From NCBI GenBank assembly GCA_047602425.1, contig JASGHG010000001.1:4736001-4800000 (forward strand): a stretch of 64,000 bases of DNA. Direction: 5' to 3'. This document shows, one piece after another, positions 22,680 to 32,736 of this stretch; the stretch's first letter is position 1; each line of letters begins with the position of its first letter. The position numbers and the translations under genes were made by a program. The stretch is from Nibricoccus sp. GTDB taxonomy: Bacteria > Verrucomicrobiota > Verrucomicrobiia > Opitutales > Opitutaceae. The notes under the pieces are model-generated. The model was given only the letters and a program-made list of their open reading frames with translations. It ran no database searches and was not told the DNA's origin.

Positions 22680-25600
22680 CTATGGCTTGGGCACGGGGTC
22701 TGGCGCAAGTACCGAACCAGTTGGCCGAAAATCCTTCGACGTAGCGAGCGCGATCACACGTCCCTCGCTGCCTACCGCGCAGTAGAAATGGTAGACGACG
22801 CCGTCGTGTTTGATCACCCACGGCTTGTGAGCGAACTCCTTCTCGTAGGGTTCAGTCGAGGAGATCAGGTCGGGGCCGGTCCACGGCGTCCAATGCACGA
22901 GATCGCGTGAAACTGCGAACGTGTCGAATGCGCCGGACCGGTAAAAGGCGCCAAAGAAAAACATCACCCAGAGCTCGCCCATGCGCACGACCTGCGGATC
23001 GCCGGTGATCGTCGCGAAGCGCAAGCCGGGCGGGCGCGGATGATCCATGATGTGGGCCGGGCCGTAGCGTCGCCAGGTTTTCATATCATCGCTGATGGCG
23101 ATGCCGATGCGTTCGTTATCGCGAGCGTGTCGGGCGTTGTAGAACATCACAAACGGCGCGCCAAGTGTGCTCGCGTCATCGTGTATGATCGAACTCTTAA
23201 AGAGCGTTTCGTTTTCGAAGAAACGGGCGTCTCTGTCGGTGGGTTGCATGATCGGCGCCGGTAACTTGTCCCAGGCGATTAGGTTAGTTGGATCGTTGGT
23301 CGACGCCATGCCGATCGAGAGCGGACTTTTCTCGTAACCGGTCAACGAACCGCCGATGTAGGACATCCAGTAGCGACCTTCGTGCTTGCCAAGCGCATAG
23401 CTGCCACCCCAAGTCGGATCGACCAGTGCGAGGCCGCCACCAGCGTTCGCGTAATCCCAACTGCCTTCCGGCCCTTGCGGCAGGATTGTGCCGAGCGATT
23501 TCCAGCTCAGCAGATCGTCGCTCACTGCGAGTTGCGTCGAGTAACCACGCGGCTCGCCATTCGGAAGATTTTCAAGCTGAACATAGATCATCCACCAGCG
23601 CCCGTTGTGTCGAAAAACATTCGGGCAATCGACCTTCTTTCCCGGCGGAGCCGCGATAACGACGCCATATTTGTAGGGGGTCTTCGCTTCTTCGTAAACG
23701 CGGCGCAGGTCGGCGGAACGGATTGCGGAGGAATCGTTGGCGACAACCTCAGGTTCGGCCACGAGTCGCACCGGACCGAGCAGTCCGGCTTCGAGCAGCG
23801 GACGCGATTCGATTGGTTTCGCGAGGGGAATGTACGTCGTGCGCTTTTCGGGTGGAAGCTTCGCGTCGCCGATTAGGCGGTTGAGCCAGGTATTGGTGAC
23901 GTGGATTTCGAGTGTATTTTTTCCGTTTCGAAGTGCGCGTGTGATATCGAGTCGCATGGGTTCGGTCCAAGCTGTCCCGCAATCGACGCCGTTCAGTTGG
24001 ACGCTCGCGAGGTTGGCGACTTTGCCGAGATCGAGCCAGATGCGACGGCCGAGATGAGCGTTGGTCCATTCGAAAGTTTTGGTATAGGTAGCCGTGCCGG
24101 AAAAGTAGCGGACAAAACCTTCGCCGTGCTCGCTCCACGAGGTCAGTTTATCAAATTCGAAACGGCGGTCATAACTTGCGTATTTGGTCTTAAAGGAAAC
24201 GCCCCAAGTTCCCTCGATCGTCACTAGTGGCTCCGTCGCCCTCAGCGGCTGGGCGTGAGGCATTGACGCGGCGTACGCCCGACGGCGCAGGACAACAAAT
24301 GCCGAACCATGCGCCGGAAGTTCGACGGCAAACTCTCCACGTTCGTCTGTCGTATCGTTGAGTGGCTGTTCTTGGATCACGCCCGTGACGGGGTCGTACC
24401 ACTCGGGTTGCAATCCACGCACGTTGACCGAAAGTTCAACTTGAGCAGTGGCTGCAGATTGGTTGCTGACGAAATAGATGTCCGCCTCTTCGTTTTTCCG
24501 ATGCGTCCATTCGATGCCTTCCGAACCCTTGCCTCGCACCAAAAGATCGGGCTGAACAAGGCGCTCGCGCAATACTTGGCGCAAGTCTTGTCGCTCACGT
24601 GCCTGGTCAAAGATAGCCGCCCCGGCGCGTCGCAGTCCGTCGATCTTCTTCGCGACCTCGGGCGAAAGTTTTGTCGTATCTTGAACCACCAGCACAGCGT
24701 AACTTGCGCCGCCGGGCAGTTCGATGCGACCGTTTCGGACGAACGTGTATTTAAGCAACGCGTCGCGATTGATTGTGTCGGCCTGAAAACCGCGCGGTAG
24801 CTCCGGTTTGCGGCGCTCGGGCAAGATTGCTCGCGCAGGCAATTCTTCGCCTGCGAAATATGCAACATCGACGACGGATTGACCGAGTTGAAGCATAGCC
24901 GAGCAACGACTGAGGTACGTAATCCATGCTTTGCTTTGCTCAAACCAAGTCTGCTCGCGGCCGTAGAAAAGCCCGATATTGCTCAACGTCATGCCTGGAC
25001 CCCGATTGTGGGACCAGGGATTGAGTGCGGCAACGTGGATGAGAAATTTATTTACTCCTAGCGCGAAGTTGTGGTCACCGAGCGCTTTCAGCATGCCGGG
25101 GTGCTCGTCCCATTCCAGATTTCGCTGCGTGAATGCCTCGGACATGACAACGTTCTTCCCGTACACGCGGGCGCCGGAAATGGCGTCGTGAATATCGTTG
25201 GGTTTATCCTGTACAGCGCTGCGGAACCAAAACTCTCCCATCGGCACGTCCACGTTGTCGAAATGCCGCATCCCCTCGCCCATCATCGTCGGTGCAGTCG
25301 TTTCGGCGGTAAAGATACAACCGTGCTGTTTTGCCAATTCGGCGAGTGGCACAAAAAATCCGTCGATGGTTAGATCCGAGATCGTAAGGCGGATATCGTT
25401 AAGAACCTGCTCCGATTTCTCCGCGCTTTCGACCGGAATGCCCGCGAACAATGGTAGAAATGGCGTCAGGTCGTAACCGCGGCGTCTCTTGAATTCTTCG
25501 CGGAAAGTCGCGCTCCAGTTTTGACTGCCGGCTTCCCAACTATCGACGTGAAAAATTTTCAGGACCTTGCCGGCCAGCTCAGTTCCTACCTGCCGGATCG

Positions 25601-26906
25601 TTTCGCCGAACCATTTGTCAAACTGCAAACGCGCGGCTTCTGGATTGAATTTGTCGCACTCCAGCCCGCGTCCTGCGCCAGCGGTTTCATTGCGATGGCC
25701 CGTCGCGGTGTGGCCCACGCGAAGGATGGTCCAGCGGCCGGGAGGCGCCTGCCACTTGAGCGTTCCGTCCGTTCCGAAAGACGAAGTGAGATCGATAATT
25801 TTGTCCTGCGGAACACAAAGTTCACCGGGAATCAGCGCCGAGTCGGCGCGTTCGCTCGATCGCCAGACCGCGCCCGATTTTCCTTCGTAGTGAGGAACGC
25901 GTGCGTCGCTGAAAAGCTCGATGCCCTGCACCTTGAAAACGTGCTTCCATTTGGCCGAATCCAGGTCTTCGGCAAAAGGTTCGGCACCGGACGGATCGTG
26001 AACGAAACGAAAAAAACGCGCGGTCGTTGTTGGGATGGAAAACGTATAAGGCGCATCGCCGTCCTGCCAGCCATGCCGTGGGGTCTTAAGACGCCCAAGC
26101 GAGCGGAATGTTTTCCCGTCGTCACCCACTTCGACGATCATGCGCAATGGCGGATAATTCGCGCCGTCGGGCCGAACCACAATCGAGCGGCAAGTGAATG
26201 GCGCGGCGAACTCGAACTGCACCCAGCATGGATTCTCGCTGCGAAGGCGCTTGGTGTTGCCCGGTTTGACCAGGGCCTGCGCGTCGGCGCCCGCCACGTC
26301 GGTCGTGACCTTCGGCACGACATTCCGCGACGAGAGTCCTTCGCCATCACGGGCCGGAAACGCAAGGATCGCGATGTCGCGGTAAAAACCTTCATGCGAG
26401 GCCGGCTGTGGAAGTTTCACCTCGAGCGCGGCGCCGCCTTCGACCTGCTGCTCGGTCCATACGACTTTCTGCATGGCCAACTCAGGCGTGATCCACGGAC
26501 CGCCAGCCGTGGCAAAGCCGTCGCTCGCATGCATCGCGATTTTCAGTTTCAGGCGTGCGGCCTCTCGAAATGTGTGACGCAACATTTCCCACCATTCCGG
26601 CGTAAGCGTGCGGACCGAAGGCTCGAAGAGCGGCAGGTTCGGCACGTCCTGGATGGGAACCAAGTACACACCGCCAAGTCCGACGCGGGCAAAAGCCTCA
26701 AGATCGGCCGTGATGCCCTCGCGCGAAATCGTGCCTTTCATCCAGTACCAAAAGACCCACGGCTTCGCCGACTCCGGTGGTGCGGCGAATACTGCTTCCG
26801 GGTTGGTCGAAGGTTTCGGTTGCGCCGCAACGAATGACGTCGCGACTAGCGCAGCGAACAATGGGACCGCACTTCGACGGAGAAGCTGGAGCGTGCGAAC
26901 GATCAT
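22680..26906 (-). CDS. GH106 alpha-L-rhamnosidase fused to C-terminal GH137-like beta-L-arabinofuranosidase, 1408 aa
   Basis: GH106 motifs 'KPWVFWYWM', 'ATAGGPWITPELAMQ', 'GLECDK', 'HVDSWE', 'VPMGEFW', ending 'AGLLGPV'. Then about 340 aa 'YEEAKTPYKYG...VDCPNVFR...AHKPWVIKHDGVVYHFYCAV', matching the recalled GH137 beta-propeller. Confidence 0.85.
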   Translation of the reverse strand: MIVRTLQLLRRSAVPLFAALVATSFVAAQPKPSTNPEAVFAAPPESAKPWVFWYWMKGTISREGITADLEAFARVGLGGVYLVPIQDVPNLPLFEPSVRTLTPEWWEMLRHTFREAARLKLKIAMHASDGFATAGGPWITPELAMQKVVWTEQQVEGGAALEVKLPQPASHEGFYRDIAILAFPARDGEGLSSRNVVPKVTTDVAGADAQALVKPGNTKRLRSENPCWVQFEFAAPFTCRSIVVRPDGANYPPLRMIVEVGDDGKTFRSLGRLKTPRHGWQDGDAPYTFSIPTTTARFFRFVHDPSGAEPFAEDLDSAKWKHVFKVQGIELFSDARVPHYEGKSGAVWRSSERADSALIPGELCVPQDKIIDLTSSFGTDGTLKWQAPPGRWTILRVGHTATGHRNETAGAGRGLECDKFNPEAARLQFDKWFGETIRQVGTELAGKVLKIFHVDSWEAGSQNWSATFREEFKRRRGYDLTPFLPLFAGIPVESAEKSEQVLNDIRLTISDLTIDGFFVPLAELAKQHGCIFTAETTAPTMMGEGMRHFDNVDVPMGEFWFRSAVQDKPNDIHDAISGARVYGKNVVMSEAFTQRNLEWDEHPGMLKALGDHNFALGVNKFLIHVAALNPWSHNRGPGMTLSNIGLFYGREQTWFEQSKAWITYLSRCSAMLQLGQSVVDVAYFAGEELPARAILPERRKPELPRGFQADTINRDALLKYTFVRNGRIELPGGASYAVLVVQDTTKLSPEVAKKIDGLRRAGAAIFDQARERQDLRQVLRERLVQPDLLVRGKGSEGIEWTHRKNEEADIYFVSNQSAATAQVELSVNVRGLQPEWYDPVTGVIQEQPLNDTTDERGEFAVELPAHGSAFVVLRRRAYAASMPHAQPLRATEPLVTIEGTWGVSFKTKYASYDRRFEFDKLTSWSEHGEGFVRYFSGTATYTKTFEWTNAHLGRRIWLDLGKVANLASVQLNGVDCGTAWTEPMRLDITRALRNGKNTLEIHVTNTWLNRLIGDAKLPPEKRTTYIPLAKPIESRPLLEAGLLGPVRLVAEPEVVANDSSAIRSADLRRVYEEAKTPYKYGVVIAAPPGKKVDCPNVFRHNGRWWMIYVQLENLPNGEPRGYSTQLAVSDDLLSWKSLGTILPQGPEGSWDYANAGGGLALVDPTWGGSYALGKHEGRYWMSYIGGSLTGYEKSPLSIGMASTNDPTNLIAWDKLPAPIMQPTDRDARFFENETLFKSSIIHDDASTLGAPFVMFYNARHARDNERIGIAISDDMKTWRRYGPAHIMDHPRPPGLRFATITGDPQVVRMGELWVMFFFGAFYRSGAFDTFAVSRDLVHWTPWTGPDLISSTEPYEKEFAHKPWVIKHDGVVYHFYCAVGSEGRVIALATSKDFRPTGSVLAPDPVPKP

Positions 26907-29767
26907 TTCAGTTCGAAACGAAGTTGGAGCGAACCGCGACGCACACCTGAGACCCGCTGCGCCTGTGAGGAAGGGCCGACGAGGTCGGTCGCATTGACCT
27001 TGTTGCGCAGAGCCGGAATGACATCGAGCACGGCGATGCCGGTTTGCGGAAGCGTGTAAAGCATGGCATCGCGTCCGTCGCGCGGCGTATAGACACCAAG
27101 GAAGGAGCCGGCCGTGAAATTGCCGAGCGTGATGCTGCCTTCCAACGTCTCAAAGGAAGCCCAACGCCAGTCGTTAAAGAAGCCTTTGAATTCGGGAAAC
27201 ACGAAGGATTCGCCGGGAATTGGATCGTTATATTTGTTCGTCCAAACGTCGAGCATTGTACCATGCAAACGGTTTTGCCAAACGCGGTACGGACCGCGGC
27301 CGAGCCAGCGAATGGATTTCATGCTTGCCTCGGGGCAGTCGAACTTCACCCCCATCAACTCCACCACGCCGTCGTAGGCATATTCGTAGTCGAGGCGAAC
27401 AACCCCATTGGGTGAAACGCGCCAGCGGACAGTCTGCAAGGCGCCAGAATAGTTCACATCCACCACCACGTCCGAACTGTCAACACGAGCGGCGATGGTT
27501 TTGAGCGCGGAGCCAAAATTGACTTCTTTATAGATACGATCCGCGCCTTTTGCGGCTTGAGGATCGATGGAGCCATCAAGAGTGCGATCACCCCGTCGCG
27601 CCGCGACAAAACGTGGCCCTTGGTTGAAGGAAATCGATTTCGTTCCCTGACGAACGCTGGCGAGTTCGCCCGTTTGTTTATTAATGCGAATCTCTTGCCC
27701 CGCGGCGTAGACAACAATCACATCGTAATCGCTGCGATATTCGACTTTGGAACCGGGCTTGTTGGCTGTCGCAATGTCGTTGAGCGGTTTCCAGCTCCAG
27801 GACCAGGTCCAAAGTTTTTCCCCAGCAGGATTTTTGACTGTGACATAAAGTACATCGGCATCGCGCCAGTTGGCCGGCAAGGGCAAGGTGAGTTCGCCGT
27901 TCGTATGTGGTGCAATCGCCGGGCCGTCCAGTTCGCCCGACGTTATTGTCACGTGACCGGCTTTGCCCTCTACGGCGGACGAGAACTTCGCCAGCTCCCA
28001 GGCAAACTTGCACTGGTTCAAATTGGTGAAGTCGTAGCGGTTTTCAACAGTTAGGCTGCCCTTGAAATCGAGTGGCAATTGAATCGGGCCGACCTGCACC
28101 GGGCACCAAATTTCGCGAACCGTGTTAACACTTCCCTCTTTTTCATGGTGTGGTCCGACAATGCCATCGGGACCATAGTTGCCCGCCACGTCGATGCGCC
28201 CATCCTGATCGGTGCGAGCCAGGCCTTCGTCGGCAAACGACCAAAGAAAGCCGCCACCGCTACGCGGATGATTACGCATCATTTCCCAATAGTCGAACAG
28301 GCCCGCGCCCTGCCCGCCTTCGTAGAGGCCGTGCAGAAATTCGGTCGGCATATAAATTTCCTTGGCACGAAAATATTCCTGCGTCTCGCCATACGAGCGA
28401 TAGTGCATCGTATCGATGCCGCTGAACTTCCCTTGTGGATGCAGCACGAGACGTTTTTGCGGGTCCCACTTGGCGAACTCATCGTCGATCGCCGCATTCC
28501 AGCCGCCTTCGTTGCCGTTGTCCCAAAAAATAATACCCGGGTGATTCACATCGCGGGAAATCATTTCGCCCACTAGGCGACGTCCGGTTGGTTCGTCATA
28601 ACGGCCATGCCAGCCGCCGAGTTCGTTCAAGACGTAGAGGCCGAGCTCGTCACATGCGTCGAGGAATTCCGGATCGGGCGGATAATGCGAAAGCCGGACC
28701 GCGTTCATATTCATTTCCTTGATCAGACGCACGTCCGCATAATTGCGCTCGCGATTGAGCGTGCGGCCGGTTTCTGGCCAGAAACTGTGCCGATTGGTGC
28801 CTTTCAGCAGAATGCGTTGCCCATTCAGGAAAAATCCCTCGCCTTCACGCACCTCAAAGGTGCGAAAACCGAACCGCTCCGTAGCGATATGAACGACATT
28901 CCCGTTGCGGATGAGCGTGATTTTCACCCGATAGAGATGAGGCGTTTCCGCTGTCCACAATTTCGGCGAAGAAACCGATGTGGCCAGCGAAACGCGGTCG
29001 CTTCCGGAAGCGGGTGTCGCCTCGGCCGGCACACCAACCGGTTTTCCCGACGCGTCGATAATTTGGGCGGAAACTTTCGTGTTTTCGTCAGCAGTAGCTC
29101 CGAGAAAAACATCAGCACGGAAAGTCCCATCGGCACGCGCGTCGATCGCAGTACGATCGATGAAATGTGCAGGCAAAACCTCCAAAAACACCGGTCGGAA
29201 TATGCCGCCGAAGTTCCAATAGTCAGCGCGGCGCTCGGCAAGATTTACGGACTCATTGGCGGATTCCTTGTCGACCGTGACTTCGATTTCGTTGCGCCCA
29301 CCGAACTTCAACAAACCGGTAATTTCGTATTTGAAACGATAAAAGCCGCCTTGATGCACGGGACCGGCGGAAATGCCATTCACGCGAACGGCGGTATCCG
29401 TCATCGAACCATCAAACACGATGCGCACGCGCCTTCCCTGCCATTCAGTCGGAGCATTGAAGGCGTGGCGGTATTTGCCTTGTTCCTTGGCGATTCCAGG
29501 TGGATTTGGTTTTCCGTAGAACGGCATGCCAAACTGGTAGGTGCCATAGCCTTCCTGTTCCCAACATGAAGGCACACGAATTTTGCCGGACTCTCCCGCG
29601 CGACGACCTTCTGAGCAGGTAAAATCCCACTGGACAGCGTCGTCCGAGCCTTTGCCCGAGAGATATTGGATCTGTGTGTCGGAAGAAGAAACGGTTTGTC
29701 CGAATGCGAGCGATGCAACGGCAAAGAGCATGAAGTACGAGAGAATTTTCCGCTGGGAGGTTTTCAT
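26903..29767 (-). CDS. GH2 glycosidase (probable beta-D-galacturonidase type), secreted
   Basis: 'KGTNRHSFWP', 'WDNGNEGG', 'PTEFLHG'. Start reassigned to ATG 29767 (signal peptide MKTSQRKILS...) because the upstream extension runs through repeats. Specificity is inferred from RG-II context. Confidence 0.8.
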   Translation of the reverse strand: MKTSQRKILSYFMLFAVASLAFGQTVSSSDTQIQYLSGKGSDDAVQWDFTCSEGRRAGESGKIRVPSCWEQEGYGTYQFGMPFYGKPNPPGIAKEQGKYRHAFNAPTEWQGRRVRIVFDGSMTDTAVRVNGISAGPVHQGGFYRFKYEITGLLKFGGRNEIEVTVDKESANESVNLAERRADYWNFGGIFRPVFLEVLPAHFIDRTAIDARADGTFRADVFLGATADENTKVSAQIIDASGKPVGVPAEATPASGSDRVSLATSVSSPKLWTAETPHLYRVKITLIRNGNVVHIATERFGFRTFEVREGEGFFLNGQRILLKGTNRHSFWPETGRTLNRERNYADVRLIKEMNMNAVRLSHYPPDPEFLDACDELGLYVLNELGGWHGRYDEPTGRRLVGEMISRDVNHPGIIFWDNGNEGGWNAAIDDEFAKWDPQKRLVLHPQGKFSGIDTMHYRSYGETQEYFRAKEIYMPTEFLHGLYEGGQGAGLFDYWEMMRNHPRSGGGFLWSFADEGLARTDQDGRIDVAGNYGPDGIVGPHHEKEGSVNTVREIWCPVQVGPIQLPLDFKGSLTVENRYDFTNLNQCKFAWELAKFSSAVEGKAGHVTITSGELDGPAIAPHTNGELTLPLPANWRDADVLYVTVKNPAGEKLWTWSWSWKPLNDIATANKPGSKVEYRSDYDVIVVYAAGQEIRINKQTGELASVRQGTKSISFNQGPRFVAARRGDRTLDGSIDPQAAKGADRIYKEVNFGSALKTIAARVDSSDVVVDVNYSGALQTVRWRVSPNGVVRLDYEYAYDGVVELMGVKFDCPEASMKSIRWLGRGPYRVWQNRLHGTMLDVWTNKYNDPIPGESFVFPEFKGFFNDWRWASFETLEGSITLGNFTAGSFLGVYTPRDGRDAMLYTLPQTGIAVLDVIPALRNKVNATDLVGPSSQAQRVSGVRRGSLQLRFELK

Positions 29768-29808
29768 GGAAGGTTTGGAACCGCGAAGGGACACGAATGA
29801 ACGCGAAG

Positions 29809-29893
29809 GTAGGGACGCACCGCCGGGGCGTCCGCTAAACGTCGCTTGAGTTGGACCGAAGTCGAAGCGGACGACCCGGCGGGTCGTCCCTAC
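29809..29893. repeat. Inverted doublet of GTAG-type REP (family 2)
   Basis: GTAGGGACGCACCGCCGGGGCGTCCGC (29809-29835) and inverted GTAGGGACGACCCGCCGGGTCGTCCGC (29867-29893). Intergenic. Confidence 0.85.
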
Positions 29894-29953
29894 CCTGTCG
29901 GAATGTGGCTCGGTTTTCATTCGCGTCTATTTGCGTTCATTCGCGATTAGATT

Positions 29954-32719
29954 TCAGGGTTGTGAGAGGGTTGACTCGAAAACGTAGCCGCCAGATTCGA
30001 TCGAGAAAACGGCGACATTGGCCTCGCGGCGCAGGAGCTTGACGCTAGGAGTTGGATTTTTGCTGCCACTTTCGAAAACAGGCGAGCCATCGCGAGCCGG
30101 CACGAAAATGGTCGCGGTGGTGTTGGCCGGAATGGTGACTTTTAACGTAAACTTTTCCTTTGTGCGTTCCCAGCGCACGGCGATCGGGCCACGGATGGAA
30201 TGGTACGTCGCCTCCGCCCAAGTGAGATCGCCGACCGGCGTGGGCTTTACGATGATTTTCGAGAAACCCGGACCAGCTGGATCGCTGTCGATGCCGACAA
30301 GGTATTTGTAGAACCACTCGGTGATTTGCCCGAGCATGAAGTGATTGTGCGAAGCGCCGAGGCTGGCGTTCCAGGACTCGGTTAACGCGGTCGCGCCCAT
30401 TTTCAGCTGGTAGCCGTAGCCAGGCTTTTCGTCCTGATTGATCAGCTTGTAGATCACGTCGGAGCGGCCCGCCTCGGCGAGCGTGAGCAAGAGAGAGCGG
30501 AAACCAATGTCGCCCGCCGTCGGATAACCGCGTTTTTCCACATCAGCGACGATCGAGGCGAGCGCTTTGTCGGTGGTGCCAGGATCGGCAATGCCCATCG
30601 CCAGCGGAATGGCATTTGACGCCTGCGAGTTGGTCGCGTAGGTGCCGGTTTCGGGATGGAAATACTTTTTGTTGTAAGCCGCACGTAATTCGGCGGCGCG
30701 GGCGGCATAACGCCCGGCGTCATCGGTTTTACCCATAAGTTTCGCGATTTCCGCGAGTGTGCGGTTGTCCTCGAAGAGGAATGCGGTGGCGGTAATTGGA
30801 GCTGGCGTAAGGTTCGGTCGATTACCCTTGTCGATTTCGTAGTCGTACCAATCACCAAGGCCGTCGGAGAGGACGTTATCCTTTGTGCGCGTTTCTAGGT
30901 ACGCGACATAACGCTTCATTCCGTCGTAATACTTTTTCAACAGCTCCGTGTCGCCGGTGAACTGATACTGCTGCCAGGGCACGAGAATGAACGCAGCGCC
31001 CCACTCTGCCGCACTGCGGAATGGCCCTTTGAATTTCACATATTCGGGAGAGATGTTCGGGACGAGTCCATAGTCGGGCGCGTCCTTGTCGCCGAGTTGA
31101 GCGTCGGCGAGGTCGCGCATGGACTTCGTAAACGTGCGCGCCATATCCCACTCGTAGCGAATGCCCGGGCCGTTCAGATGCCACTGCTCGATCCAGCCGA
31201 GTTTTTCACGGTGCGGGCAGTCGGTCAGAATTGAAAACGTGTTCGAACGCTGCGCCCAGCGAACAAGATCGCGAATGCGGTTCAGCAACGGATTTGAGCA
31301 GCTAAATTGTCCGAGCGGCTCGACGCTGGCATGGGTGATGACGAATTCGAGCGACTCGATTTTCGCCAGCTTATTGCGGTCGGTACCGGCAGGCGCCGGC
31401 GTTTCGTCGCCTAGGAGAAAAAAATCCGCCTGAATGTAGCGGCTGCCGAGGAAAAAGAATTTTGGCGTCCAAGTTTCGACGCCGTCGGTGGCCTTCGTGT
31501 ATTGCCACCAGGAGCGGCCGCGGTGGGCCTTTCCCATCGTGTCGCGGAAAATCGTGCCATCGTTGTTGACCACTTCGGCGGGCATGAGACGAATGGACGA
31601 ACCAGCCGGTCCCGACACGCGCAGGCGGGGAAAGAATGAAGCGTTTTGGCCAAAATCGTAGACGACTTTTCCGTCGGGAAACTTCTTCGCACCGACCGGC
31701 TGACGCACCTCGATCTCGCGCATCGGTTCGTTGGCGGCGGTGAGACCGCGAAGGTTGGTGTCGACCTGCATGACAGGCACTGCGGGACGCCAGCCGACAG
31801 CTTTAAAGTCCGGTTGATCCCATCCTTTTTGCACGAGACGTGCATCGAGATCCTCGCCGCCGTAGATGCTGGCAAATGGATTTGGTCCGGCATGCGTGCG
31901 CCACGTATCGTCGGTGCCAACGAACTCGATGCGTCCATCGGCGTATTCCAGCCGCAGGTGGAGAATTGCCTTCAGTGGGCCGTAGGAGTTGGTGAACTTG
32001 GCAAAACGATTTCGGCGAACAACGTGGTACATGCTGTTGCCGACATTGAGGCCAACAGCGTTGTTGCCCTCTTTCAGCTGGTTCGTGACATCATAGGTAT
32101 CGTAGAGCGCGGTGTCCTCGTAGTTCGTCCAGCCCGGCGTAAAAAGATCCTGGCCCACGCGCTCGCCGTTCAGCGTCATTTCGTATTGTCCGAGGCCGGT
32201 GACATGCACAAGCGCGCGGCGGAGTTTCGGACCGACAAGAAAATCTTTCCGCAGCAAAACCGTCTCGGTCGCGGCAGGCGCGGCGATCCATATGCCTTTC
32301 CAATCGGTTTTCTCAAGCAGGCCCATTGTCCAAGTTGCCGGCGTGCTCCAAGCGGTAGCTTTGCCAGCGCGGTCCCACGAGCGCACTTTCCAGAAAACTT
32401 GTTGCGAAGAAGCCAGTGGTTTGCCGACGTAGCGGATGTGGGCCGTTTCAGCCGAGGCGACGCGACCGCTATCCCAAAGATCGCCTTGGTCCTTTGCCAG
32501 CAGTTCGGCACTAGAGGCGACGATAATCTGGTATGCGGTCTGGCGTTGTCCACGCTCACCGCTTTCGACACGCCAGTATAAACGCGGCTGAGCGACGTCG
32601 ACGCCGAGCGGATCGACGGTGTATTCGCATTTCGGAGACAGGACGCGCAGTTCCGCATGCGCCGCCACGGCGAACACCAATCCCAGCAAAAACGCGATCG
32701 ATTGTTTCAAGCGAAGCAT
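29954..32719 (-). CDS. GH78 alpha-L-rhamnosidase, secreted
   Basis: 'QTAYQIIVASS...LWDSG', 'YDFGQN', 'TDCPHREKLGW', 'GATALTESW', 'SHNHFMLG'. Confidence 0.92.
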   Translation of the reverse strand: MLRLKQSIAFLLGLVFAVAAHAELRVLSPKCEYTVDPLGVDVAQPRLYWRVESGERGQRQTAYQIIVASSAELLAKDQGDLWDSGRVASAETAHIRYVGKPLASSQQVFWKVRSWDRAGKATAWSTPATWTMGLLEKTDWKGIWIAAPAATETVLLRKDFLVGPKLRRALVHVTGLGQYEMTLNGERVGQDLFTPGWTNYEDTALYDTYDVTNQLKEGNNAVGLNVGNSMYHVVRRNRFAKFTNSYGPLKAILHLRLEYADGRIEFVGTDDTWRTHAGPNPFASIYGGEDLDARLVQKGWDQPDFKAVGWRPAVPVMQVDTNLRGLTAANEPMREIEVRQPVGAKKFPDGKVVYDFGQNASFFPRLRVSGPAGSSIRLMPAEVVNNDGTIFRDTMGKAHRGRSWWQYTKATDGVETWTPKFFFLGSRYIQADFFLLGDETPAPAGTDRNKLAKIESLEFVITHASVEPLGQFSCSNPLLNRIRDLVRWAQRSNTFSILTDCPHREKLGWIEQWHLNGPGIRYEWDMARTFTKSMRDLADAQLGDKDAPDYGLVPNISPEYVKFKGPFRSAAEWGAAFILVPWQQYQFTGDTELLKKYYDGMKRYVAYLETRTKDNVLSDGLGDWYDYEIDKGNRPNLTPAPITATAFLFEDNRTLAEIAKLMGKTDDAGRYAARAAELRAAYNKKYFHPETGTYATNSQASNAIPLAMGIADPGTTDKALASIVADVEKRGYPTAGDIGFRSLLLTLAEAGRSDVIYKLINQDEKPGYGYQLKMGATALTESWNASLGASHNHFMLGQITEWFYKYLVGIDSDPAGPGFSKIIVKPTPVGDLTWAEATYHSIRGPIAVRWERTKEKFTLKVTIPANTTATIFVPARDGSPVFESGSKNPTPSVKLLRREANVAVFSIESGGYVFESTLSQP

Positions 32720-32736
32720 ACGCGGAAATTGCGGAA

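Noticed and set aside
29768..29920. N-terminal extension of the GH2 ORF
   Set aside because: It is a translation of REP and palindromic DNA. The signal peptide starts at 29767.
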